Translations under genes and position numbers: made by a program
NCBI GenBank assembly: GCA_043826455.1
Contig: JBDRQD010000048.1
Location: 32,001-96,000 of the forward strand
DNA length: 64,000 nucleotides
Direction of reading: 5' to 3'
Source: Candidatus Bathyarchaeota archaeon
GTDB taxonomy: Archaea; Thermoproteota; Bathyarchaeia; TCS64
In this document: piece by piece, positions 55,826-64,000 of the stretch
How the letters are laid out: every line of letters begins with the position of its first letter
How positions within the stretch are numbered: the first letter of the stretch is position 1
Notes under the pieces: generated by a model
Told to the model about the DNA's origin: nothing
What the model saw: the letters and a program-made list of their open reading frames with translations, nothing else
Databases searched by the model: none

Positions 55826-56180
55826 CTGAGAGTAACCCACTCAGAGATGTAAAAAGACGCTCAGAGAAAGCGTCAATGTAGCTTCCTGAAAGGATGAATC
55901 AAGTAAATGGATGACATACCGTGAATGGTTTACCTTTAAATTTAGGGGTAATCCTTCCGAAACGAGCCGTTCTACTTTAAAGCGTCGTTTTCAAGAGCTT
56001 TATTGACAACCTGTTATCATCACGGCGTGATGAATTCCCTTGACTTTTCTCCGCAAGATGAGAGCATCCCCCTTGTTATGTTAGTATTTCATCTAGTTAT
56101 TGATCTATAATGAAGGAAACACCAAGGAAAAGGCCGCGGCGAAAAAGAGAGAAACTCTCAACAAGCGGAAGAGTCTGAGG

Positions 56181-57557
56181 TTACCATTCCTCTATGAAGG
56201 CGTGAACCTCGTCCAGAAACTTAGAGGGCTTATAGGTGTCAATCATGGTGATACCCATCTTCCTCATCCTCTCGAAGCTCTCCTTGGTGTAGGGCCTGAA
56301 GATGCTCTTCCTGGCCAGGGGAGATACGCAGGCGCAGACCCGGACCCCCAGCTCCATCATCCTCTCTAGGATGTAATAGTTCTGGAGGTTCTGCTCCGAG
56401 ACCTCCCCGGGCTGCGTCAACACGAAGTCGCTGAATATGAAGACCAACCTGTCGCTGCGGTCGCTGATATCCGTGATCTCCTCGTAGGCCCACTGGAGGC
56501 TCTTCCCGGGGACGGTGCCACCCCAAGTCATGCTGGTGAAGCCGCCGCTGAACTTGCGCTCCATCTCCGTGGTGGTCATGGTCACCATGTTCACCAGGTC
56601 CTCCAGCACGTTGTTCAGGTTGGCCTCCTCGTAAAAGTCTTTGATGACGTGGCTGTTGCTCTCGTATAGGCAGAGGCCGTACTTCTCCCTGCGGAGCCCC
56701 CATACCAGAGGCACCATGCTGAGGACGCTGTAGCTGATGCTGTTGATGCCCTCAAGGTCATAGAACATGGTATTGCTGATGTCCAGAATGTACACTATGT
56801 GACGCTTCTGCTTCTCCCTCTGCTGCATGAGAAAGTCGTCGTACCTGATCTCATCTATCTGCCGCCCCAGGTCCAGGATGTTATCCAGGCTCCTCTCCTC
56901 GTCGATGAGGTCCGGGTCCTCCCCGGCCTGGAAGGGCGTCAGTGTCCTGTGCTTGGCCCACTCCTCCCGGCGCTCAAACTCGCGCCCGATCTTCAGGAGC
57001 TTCTCCTTCAGTATCTCGGCCAGTATCCTCCGCGTCTCCTCGTCCTTGCTCCCCTTCATCACCTTGACCCCGGCCTTGATGAGCTCGTCCTCGCCGGGGC
57101 CTACGCCTATGTCGGGCTGGTTCTTGTACTGGGTGAAGATGTCCACGTCAGAGTTGTGGGCCGCCGCGAACTCGTTCTCAAGGCCTTTGCCGAAGGGCGT
57201 CACGTAGACGGTGTCCTGGGTAGCCTTGCTGAGGAGGCTGAGGAGGGCCTCGCCGCTCATGTCATACTGGGGCTTATCGTCCTCGTACTGGGCGTTCACC
57301 ATGATCTCCACGGCTATCTTCTCGGCCGTCTTCTGGCTGTCCACGCCGCTGGTGACCACCGCCGCGTTCAGCAGATCATTGAAGCTCAGGTAACCCTTCC
57401 GTAGGAAGGGTGCCAGGAGTAGCCTGCCCATTGTGATGCCCTGCCGGGGGCTAGGCTTGTCCTCCACCTCCCGGTGCACCCGCATACGCGTAATAAACTC
57501 TGGTATAAAGTAGTGAGCAAACTGGAAAGGGTACCTCATGTAAGCGTTATCGGACAC
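56181..57557 (-). CDS. vWA-domain protein, MoxR partner
   Basis: MIDAS-like LDISNTM, WGGT, IFSD; DLIDEERSL preceding the vWA domain. Confidence 0.8.
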   Translation of the reverse strand: MSDNAYMRYPFQFAHYFIPEFITRMRVHREVEDKPSPRQGITMGRLLLAPFLRKGYLSFNDLLNAAVVTSGVDSQKTAEKIAVEIMVNAQYEDDKPQYDMSGEALLSLLSKATQDTVYVTPFGKGLENEFAAAHNSDVDIFTQYKNQPDIGVGPGEDELIKAGVKVMKGSKDEETRRILAEILKEKLLKIGREFERREEWAKHRTLTPFQAGEDPDLIDEERSLDNILDLGRQIDEIRYDDFLMQQREKQKRHIVYILDISNTMFYDLEGINSISYSVLSMVPLVWGLRREKYGLCLYESNSHVIKDFYEEANLNNVLEDLVNMVTMTTTEMERKFSGGFTSMTWGGTVPGKSLQWAYEEITDISDRSDRLVFIFSDFVLTQPGEVSEQNLQNYYILERMMELGVRVCACVSPLARKSIFRPYTKESFERMRKMGITMIDTYKPSKFLDEVHAFIEEW

Positions 57558-58457
57558 CTACCCGAGTCTCCTCTCCACGATCTCGTCAACAAGCATGGAG
57601 ATCGTCTTACCCTCCTCCCGGACCCTCATCTCCTTGCTGAGGACGGCCGGCGCGAAGAACCTTATGGCCGCGTTCTCGTCCCCGAACCTGGAGAGATACT
57701 TGTTCACCAGCCTGGTGAGGAAGATGCCTGACCTAGGAGAGGCCGGAACCTCAAAGGCCGGGTTATGCCGGGTCTCATCCACTATGTCGTAGATCTTGTC
57801 CAGGGCGGAGACGGGGAGGCTGAACGCGGGGGTGTTCTCCCTTATGATCTCCATCTCAGTCTCCCTGTTTGGGTACCCGAGCCTGATCCAGCACCCGATA
57901 CGGTCCACAAGCACCTTACTCAACCTATACGTCCCGGAGGTCTCTATGGGGTTCTGGGTGGCCACGAACGCAAAGTTCTCGTGGGCCTTGATCATGCCGA
58001 GGGGGAACAGGTGGTAGTGGCGCTCCTCCAGGGGGCTGATGAGGCTGTTCTGGCAGAACTCGGTCGCCCTGTTGAGCTCCTGGGCCACGAAGAGACCCCC
58101 CTCCACCATGGACCTTATGAGGGGCCCAGGCTCGAAGCTGCTTACGTTGCGGCCGTTCCTGACCACCAGGGCGGGGTCGAAGCTGCCTATGAGGCGGCTA
58201 GGGGTGACGTTCTCGTCGAAGAAGACCTCGTGGAAGGTGCGGCCCGTGTCCTCGGCCACCTTCCTGGCCAGCAGGCTCTTGCCGACGCCGGGGGGGCCCA
58301 CAAGGCACGGGGTGATGCCTGTGTCTAGGCTGTCGCGCAGGAGGTCGTAGGCTGTCTGGTACTGTCCCTTGAGCACCACCTGGTGCTCTATCTTGATGTT
58401 CTCGACGATGCTCTTCTCAAGCATCTTTCGGAAGCCCTGCTCCCTCTCCACCATCAT
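57558..58457 (-). CDS. MoxR-family AAA+ ATPase
   Basis: GPPGVGKS, FEPGPL, QELNRA, ATQNP, SPR lid motif. Confidence 0.9.
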   Translation of the reverse strand: MMVEREQGFRKMLEKSIVENIKIEHQVVLKGQYQTAYDLLRDSLDTGITPCLVGPPGVGKSLLARKVAEDTGRTFHEVFFDENVTPSRLIGSFDPALVVRNGRNVSSFEPGPLIRSMVEGGLFVAQELNRATEFCQNSLISPLEERHYHLFPLGMIKAHENFAFVATQNPIETSGTYRLSKVLVDRIGCWIRLGYPNRETEMEIIRENTPAFSLPVSALDKIYDIVDETRHNPAFEVPASPRSGIFLTRLVNKYLSRFGDENAAIRFFAPAVLSKEMRVREEGKTISMLVDEIVERRLG

Positions 58458-58673
58458 GACTAGTCCAACATGTTATCACATTGCTCAATAAAAAGGTTAA
58501 ACACGGGACATTGTTTTATCCCTGACATAGGCGACAAACCAAATAAGTAGTGCAGGGTGGTTTTGACTGGACGTTCTTAGAATGGTTTAAATGTCTGTAT
58601 TGTTCGTTTGATTTGAAATCGTTATTCTTAATAACTCAAGTGGGGTAGAGTAACGATTCAAAGAGGGAACAAT

Positions 58674-59498
58674 TTGATCGAGATAAGGTTGCACGGCAGG
58701 GGCGGCCAGGGAGCGGTCACCGCATCCAGGATCCTCGCCACTGCGGCATACGAGGAAGGCCAGTACAGTCAGGCCATACCCATGTACGGCACCGAGCGTC
58801 GTGGGGCGCCACTCACCGCCTTCGTTAGACTAGACAACCAGCGAGTCAGGGAGCGTATGCTTGTACATAACCCTGATATCAGCATCGTCCTAGACCCCCT
58901 TATCGCTAAACAGCAGGCAGTAGTGGACGATCTCAAGGAAGGCGGCCTGGTTCTCCTGAACACAGCAGAGGCCCCCGAGGAGGTCAAGCTGGGCGGCGAC
59001 TTCAAAGTCGCCACCGTAGACGCCACAACAATCGCCCTTGAGACCCTGGGAAGGCCCATCACCAACACAGCCATCCTGGGCGCCTTCGTGAAGGTCACGG
59101 GCGCCATGAAGCTGGAAAGCATCGAGAAGGCCATCAAGAAGTACTTCCCTGGAAGGCTGGGCGACATGAACATCGCCGCTGTACGGAGGAGCTACGAGGA
59201 GGTCAAGGGGCCCATCCAGGCCGTCGTTAAGAGCGCTACACAGGAGAAGATAGACATTAACGTCGGCGGCTACGGAGTCCTCAAGGACGTGTCTAGCTGG
59301 CGCGTATTCACACCCGAGATCGACGTGGACAAGTGCATTGGCTGTAAAAGCTGCTGGATATTCTGCCCCGAGACCGCCATACAGTGGGACGAGGCCAAGA
59401 AGAAGCCCTACATCGAGTACAGGAAGTGCAAGGGCTGCGGCGTCTGCGATAACGAGTGCCCAGTCAAGGCGATCGAAATGGTGAGAGTGGAGGTATAG
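58674..59498 (+). CDS. 2-oxoacid:ferredoxin oxidoreductase gamma-delta fusion
   Basis: EIRLHGRGGQG, ERRGAP, NTAILGA, then two CxxCxxCxxxCP ferredoxin motifs. Confidence 0.9.
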   Translation: MIEIRLHGRGGQGAVTASRILATAAYEEGQYSQAIPMYGTERRGAPLTAFVRLDNQRVRERMLVHNPDISIVLDPLIAKQQAVVDDLKEGGLVLLNTAEAPEEVKLGGDFKVATVDATTIALETLGRPITNTAILGAFVKVTGAMKLESIEKAIKKYFPGRLGDMNIAAVRRSYEEVKGPIQAVVKSATQEKIDINVGGYGVLKDVSSWRVFTPEIDVDKCIGCKSCWIFCPETAIQWDEAKKKPYIEYRKCKGCGVCDNECPVKAIEMVRVEV

Positions 59499-59502
59499 AA
59501 AG

Positions 59503-60672
59503 ATGTCATACGAAGTAATGGTAGGTAACAAGGCCGCCGCCACCGCGTGCAAGCTCGCGCGCGTACAGGTGGCCAGCGCTTTCCCCATCACACCCCAGAC
59601 AACCATCACACAGTATCTCTCCGAGATGCACGCCAACGCAGAGTGGGACTTCGACTTCGTCAACGTTGAGGGTGAGCTCACCAGCCAGGTTGTGGTCCAG
59701 GGAGCATCAAGGGTTGGCGCCCGCACATTCACGTGCACAAGCGGACCCGGGCTCCTCTACATGCACCACCCCATGCAGACAACGGGCAGCGGAAGGCTAC
59801 CCGTCATCATGGCCGTGGTACACAGAGGATACAAGGGGATGCAGCCAGACCACAGCGACCTCATGAGCCAGGAGTGGACCGGGTGGGGCCACTGGTATGT
59901 GGAGCACGCCCAGGAGATCCTGGACACACTTCTGATGGCGTACAAGGTGGCCGAGGACCCCAGGATCAGGATACCCATCGCCGTCGGCTACGACGGCTAC
60001 GTCCTCAGCTACACGGCCGAGCCCGTGGAGATACCCGAACAGGACCTGGTCGACGAGTGGCTGCCACCCAACAAGGCGATCCCAGAGATCCTGCCCGACA
60101 AGGTGGACCCCTCCACCTTCGGAAGGGGATGGGGCGGCGGCGACCCACAGATGGCCTGGAAGGTACACCACGACGCCATCCTCAAGATCGAGGAGGTCCA
60201 CAAGGAGGTCATGGACAGCTTCGAGAAGACCTTCGGCAGGCGCTACGGCAACAGCATGATCGAGACCTACAAGATGGAGGACGCCGAGGTGGCCATCATG
60301 GCCATGGGCACCATCGCAGGCACATGCAAGGCGGCCGTGGACAGGATGCAGGCGGACGGCAAGAAGGTCGGCCTCATCAAGCTGAGGAGCTACATACCCT
60401 TCCCCAACAAGGACATGCTGGAGTGGGGTAAGAAGCTGGACGGCATAGCCGTGGTCGACAGAAGCATCTGCCCAGGCAAGGGAGGACCAAGCTTCCAGAA
60501 GCTCAGGGACACTCTATACGACCTCAAAGACAAGGAGAGACCCAAGATGTTGCAGTTCCACGCCGGGCTTGGCGGCAAGGAGGTTCGCGTCCGAGACTTC
60601 GTGTCCATCGGCGACAAGATCCTCCAAGTTGCCAAGGGCGGAAAGGTAGAGAACCTAGTGACATGGGTTTAA
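59503..60672 (+). CDS. 2-oxoacid:ferredoxin oxidoreductase alpha subunit
   Basis: AFPITPQT, TSGPGLLYM, DHSD, DGYVLSYT, GLGG. Confidence 0.9.
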   Translation: MSYEVMVGNKAAATACKLARVQVASAFPITPQTTITQYLSEMHANAEWDFDFVNVEGELTSQVVVQGASRVGARTFTCTSGPGLLYMHHPMQTTGSGRLPVIMAVVHRGYKGMQPDHSDLMSQEWTGWGHWYVEHAQEILDTLLMAYKVAEDPRIRIPIAVGYDGYVLSYTAEPVEIPEQDLVDEWLPPNKAIPEILPDKVDPSTFGRGWGGGDPQMAWKVHHDAILKIEEVHKEVMDSFEKTFGRRYGNSMIETYKMEDAEVAIMAMGTIAGTCKAAVDRMQADGKKVGLIKLRSYIPFPNKDMLEWGKKLDGIAVVDRSICPGKGGPSFQKLRDTLYDLKDKERPKMLQFHAGLGGKEVRVRDFVSIGDKILQVAKGGKVENLVTWV

Positions 60673-60697
60673 GAGGAACGGAGTAGGTGAAAAACAG

Positions 60698-61591
60698 ATG
60701 AGTGAAAGAATAACTAGGGTCCAGATACCGATGGAAGAGATGGGCATCACCCCCGGCAGCGCTTGCCAGGGATGTGGTGCGGCTCTCGCCGCCAGGCTAG
60801 CCTTCAAGGCACTGGGTCCCAACGTCATAAGACACGGAATCCCATGCTGCCCTGACACTGTCACGGCGACTCCGCAGGTTGGCGGAGTCTTTGAGGGAGG
60901 AGGTGCCCTGCTCACAGGAACCTCCAGGGGTCTGAAGGCCATCGGCCGTGAGGACGTCCTTGCAGTCGGTTTCTTCGGAGACGGCGGTACCTACGACATC
61001 GGGTTCCAGGGTCTCAGCGCGGCCGCGGAGAGGAACGAGGACATCCTCGTCATCACCAAGGACAACGAGGCCTACATGAACACGGGTAACCAGCGCAGCA
61101 GTTCGACGCCAAAATACGCCATAACGAGCACCAACCCGGTAGGCCCCAACAGCAGGGGTAAGGGACAGCCCAAGAAGAACATACCCTTCATCTTCGCAGC
61201 CCACTACGTGCCCTACGTGGCCACCACCAGCGTCGCCTTCCCAGAGGACCTGATCGCCAAGGTGAACTACGCCAAGACCATCAAGGGCTTCAGAATAATC
61301 ATCATACAGAGCCCTTGCCCGGTTGGCTGGAGGTTTGAGCCAGAGAAGACCATAGAGATCGCCAGAGCCGGCGTACAGTCAGGAATCTGGCCGCTCTTCG
61401 AGATCATGGACGGCAAAGACTTCAAGCTGAACTACAAGCCCAAGGAGCTCAAACCCATCACTGAGTACCTGAAGCCCCAGGCCAGGTTCCGCCACATGAC
61501 CGAGGCAGAGATCGCTGAGGTCCAAGAGGACACCACGTCCAAATGGCAGAACGTGCTCAAGGCCGACGAGATGAAAAGGGTAGTCATCTAA
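60698..61591 (+). CDS. 2-oxoacid:ferredoxin oxidoreductase beta subunit (TPP-binding)
   Basis: CQGCG, GDGGTYDIG, DNEAYMNTG, SPCPVGW. Confidence 0.9.
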   Translation: MSERITRVQIPMEEMGITPGSACQGCGAALAARLAFKALGPNVIRHGIPCCPDTVTATPQVGGVFEGGGALLTGTSRGLKAIGREDVLAVGFFGDGGTYDIGFQGLSAAAERNEDILVITKDNEAYMNTGNQRSSSTPKYAITSTNPVGPNSRGKGQPKKNIPFIFAAHYVPYVATTSVAFPEDLIAKVNYAKTIKGFRIIIIQSPCPVGWRFEPEKTIEIARAGVQSGIWPLFEIMDGKDFKLNYKPKELKPITEYLKPQARFRHMTEAEIAEVQEDTTSKWQNVLKADEMKRVVI

Positions 61592-61667
61592 ACCATCTTT
61601 TCTATTCTTTTTAATTATACATGTTTTAGACAGCTTTATTTTGCGGTCGCAGGTATCAGGTTGCGTC

Positions 61668-62867
61668 TTGTTGCCCAAGCGGTTGCATGGGGGTCTGCCC
61701 ACGAGTTTCTATGTGGTGGCCTTCAGCGGCTTCCTCTTCCACATGGGCGCCTCCGTCACAGGACCCATACTAACACTCCACATGAGAGACGTCGGGGCCA
61801 CCATATTCCAGATAGGCAGTATACTTTCACTCCAGTCCGCCCTGCTGATCCTGTTAAGAATCCCTCTCACATTGTTGGCCCGGAGGGTGGGGGAGAAGCG
61901 GATGCTCGCCCTTGCCTTCCTCTCCGAGTCAGCAGCCCAACTCCTCTATGGGCGGGCCGACAGCCCGGCATGGTTCTGGCTCATACCAGCGGTACAGGTG
62001 CTGGCCACAGGCACCTTCTTCCAGCTAGCCACAGCCATAAACAGCAACCTGGCCCCCGAGAGCAAGCAGGGGGAGGCACTGGGAAGGCATATGACCATCA
62101 TGTCCATCCCCAGCTTCCTCGGGCCAGCCCTGTGTGGATTACTGGTATCGTCCCTCGGATACAGGCGCATGTTCTACATATCCTTCTCGTTCCCCATCGT
62201 CGGGCTCATTCTGTTCTGGTTCTTCACCCGGGACCTGAGCCTAGCTGGCACCGAGGTGCCGACCCAGCAGGTCCCCACGGCGGAGTCCCTGAGGGCCCTC
62301 GTGGCTAACAGAAACGTGGCTGTCCTCGCGTTCATCCGGACCCTGTACTCCACAGGCAACAACACCTTCCAGACCCTGTTCAGCTTGTACGCCGTCACTC
62401 AGCTTGGTTATCAGGCAAACCAGGTGGCGGCACTCTTCTCAGCCCTAGGCGTGGCTAACACGGCGGTCAAGATACCTATAGGCTCTTTCTCTGATAGGGT
62501 AGGGCGTAAACAAGTGCTTCTAGCCACCTTCACCATCATTATTCTCGTCTACCTTGCCTTAGCCAGTTTCACCGGATACGCCACAGTAGCCGTGGCGGTG
62601 ATCGTGTTCGGCGCCGCGTGGGGCAGCCGCGCCACCGTGGAGTGGGCCGCCCTCACAAGCCTGGTGAAGCCTGAGATGAAGACCCTGGCCGTGGGCTTCA
62701 TGGAGGGGTTCTGGGACCTGGGGGCCGCCGCCGGGAGCTTCCTAGCAGGTGTCTTATCCGGGTTCCTACCCGTACCAACTATAATGTTGCTCATGGCGGC
62801 GATCAACGCTCCCACCTTACCGGCTATACTGCTTATGCGTGAGAAGAAGGGAGGCGACAAGACGTAG
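61668..62867 (+). CDS. MFS transporter
   Basis: 12-TM pattern; ARRVGEK and SDRVGRK motif A; start codon uncertain. Confidence 0.85.
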   Translation: MLPKRLHGGLPTSFYVVAFSGFLFHMGASVTGPILTLHMRDVGATIFQIGSILSLQSALLILLRIPLTLLARRVGEKRMLALAFLSESAAQLLYGRADSPAWFWLIPAVQVLATGTFFQLATAINSNLAPESKQGEALGRHMTIMSIPSFLGPALCGLLVSSLGYRRMFYISFSFPIVGLILFWFFTRDLSLAGTEVPTQQVPTAESLRALVANRNVAVLAFIRTLYSTGNNTFQTLFSLYAVTQLGYQANQVAALFSALGVANTAVKIPIGSFSDRVGRKQVLLATFTIIILVYLALASFTGYATVAVAVIVFGAAWGSRATVEWAALTSLVKPEMKTLAVGFMEGFWDLGAAAGSFLAGVLSGFLPVPTIMLLMAAINAPTLPAILLMREKKGGDKT

Positions 62868-62878
62868 GCATCAAGGAA

Positions 62879-64000
62879 GTGTTAAGGTACCCCGGGGTGC
62901 TGCTCGGGGGCTTTTTGGCGCTGGCCACTCTCAGCGTCATGAACAGCGCATACAGCACCGTCTTGGACACCATAAAGGCGGAGATGAGCCTTAGCTACAG
63001 CCAGGCCGGGGCCCTCATGTCGGCCTACTTCATGGGGTACACCCTGGGCCAGATACCGTGGGGGCTTCTAGCCGACAGGAAAGGCAGCAGACAGGCTATA
63101 GCGTTGAGCGTCCTGGGCGTCTCAGCCGCCACCGTCCTCTTCGGCTTCAGCGGAGGCCTCACCTCGGCGCTCATCACCAGGTTCCTCGCAGGCATCTTGG
63201 GTGCGGGCGTCTTCGTGCCCTGCGTCCGCCTCGTGTCGGCTTGGTACAACTCGGATGAGCGAGGCACAGCCCTAGGTGTGCTGAACATCGGCGGCAGCCT
63301 GGGCCTCATACTGGCGTCTTGGGCCGCACCTCTCCTAGCGTTGCGCATAGGCTGGAGGCCCACTACGGGGCTCATAGGAGCAGCGGGCGTCCTCGTCGCG
63401 GCCCTCATCTGGCTCCTGGTCAAGGACCGTGACCAGTCCAGCTACGGTAGGATCGACCTCAGCTCTCTGCCCCTGAGGAGCAGGGGCTTCTGGCTCCTGG
63501 CCTCCACCCAGTTCATAAGGCTTGGCAGCTACTACACATTCATAGCCTGGCTGCCCCTAGTGCTGAAGGAGGAGTACGGGCTAGGAGTAGTGGCCACCAG
63601 CGGCGTCCTCAGCCTCTTCAACCTGGCGGGGATGTTCGCTAACCCCTTGGGTGGTGTGGTCTCCGACAAGGTGGGTAAGAGGGTGGTGATCCTGGCCAGC
63701 TTCCTCCTCCTGGGCCTCGACCTGCTGGTCTTCACACAGACCATCAGTGGTATACTTGTTTACGCCGCGGTTTTCCTTCTAGGCTGGTTCATCAACTTCG
63801 TCAGGAGCCCAGCCTTCACCATAATACCCGACATATTCGGCACCGAGTCAGCTGGAAGCATCTCGGGCATCCACAACACCTTCGCGTCCCTTGGGGCCCT
63901 GGCCTTGCCCTTCACCCTGGGCCTCATCAGGGACACAACCGCAGGCTACGCGGTCGGCTGGGCCGCCCTCTCAGTTCTCATGTTCACGGCTTCAACTCTC
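62879..64000 (+). CDS. MFS transporter, 3'-truncated by window edge
   Basis: Hand translation from GTG 62879: LRYPGVLLGG...GLLADRKGSR...GVVSDKVGKR; no stop seen before 64000. Confidence 0.85.
   Translation, partial: MLRYPGVLLGGFLALATLSVMNSAYSTVLDTIKAEMSLSYSQAGALMSAYFMGYTLGQIPWGLLADRKGSRQAIALSVLGVSAATVLFGFSGGLTSALITRFLAGILGAGVFVPCVRLVSAWYNSDERGTALGVLNIGGSLGLILASWAAPLLALRIGWRPTTGLIGAAGVLVAALIWLLVKDRDQSSYGRIDLSSLPLRSRGFWLLASTQFIRLGSYYTFIAWLPLVLKEEYGLGVVATSGVLSLFNLAGMFANPLGGVVSDKVGKRVVILASFLLLGLDLLVFTQTISGILVYAAVFLLGWFINFVRSPAFTIIPDIFGTESAGSISGIHNTFASLGALALPFTLGLIRDTTAGYAVGWAALSVLMFTASTL

Noticed and set aside
56027..56100. C/D box sRNA starting at GTGATGA
   Set aside because: No properly spaced CTGA D box.

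Overview
This is a gene-dense archaeal chromosome segment of roughly 60% GC. PolD DP1/DP2, Elf1, Alba, Sec61beta, group II GGGP synthase, Taw1, translin and intron-less tRNAs with encoded CCA point to a TACK archaeon, most plausibly Bathyarchaeia (inference). Most of the window is housekeeping and heterotrophic catabolism: cysS, trpS, nfi, nadE, hypF, RPA, a nucleoside ABC importer with phosphorylase, M20/M28/M32 peptidases, a 2-oxoacid:ferredoxin oxidoreductase operon, MFS/ABC transporters, tRNA-Pro(CGG) and tRNA-Gly(TCC). I found no CRISPR array, rRNA, integrase or transposase. Two things stand out. (1) Many genes here look leaderless, yet both aminoacyl-tRNA synthetase genes have long structured 5' leaders. 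These share an AGACA(A)GGGAA..ATGAG motif that opens a tiny uORF containing the cognate codon: MRLLCTLA before cysS and MSVHHSDWTDSS before trpS. This is a candidate archaeal leader-peptide attenuation system. (2) A ~2 kb AT-rich trough between DP1 and DP2 is packed with GTGATATCAC palindromes embedded in hypF and nadE coding sequence. It surrounds an orphan HTH-like gene and lies near a membrane-anchored coiled-coil wHTH gene, with no cdc6 or ORB visible. This is a candidate origin- or centromere-like locus. Smaller oddities include an in-frame PstS-PhoU fusion, EndoV and MoxR catalytic-site substitutions, a vWA protein with an AAA-lid-like N-terminus, an N-terminally truncated pelota/aRF1-like protein and several operator-like repeats. 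All calls come from reading the sequence and motifs by eye; no searches were run.
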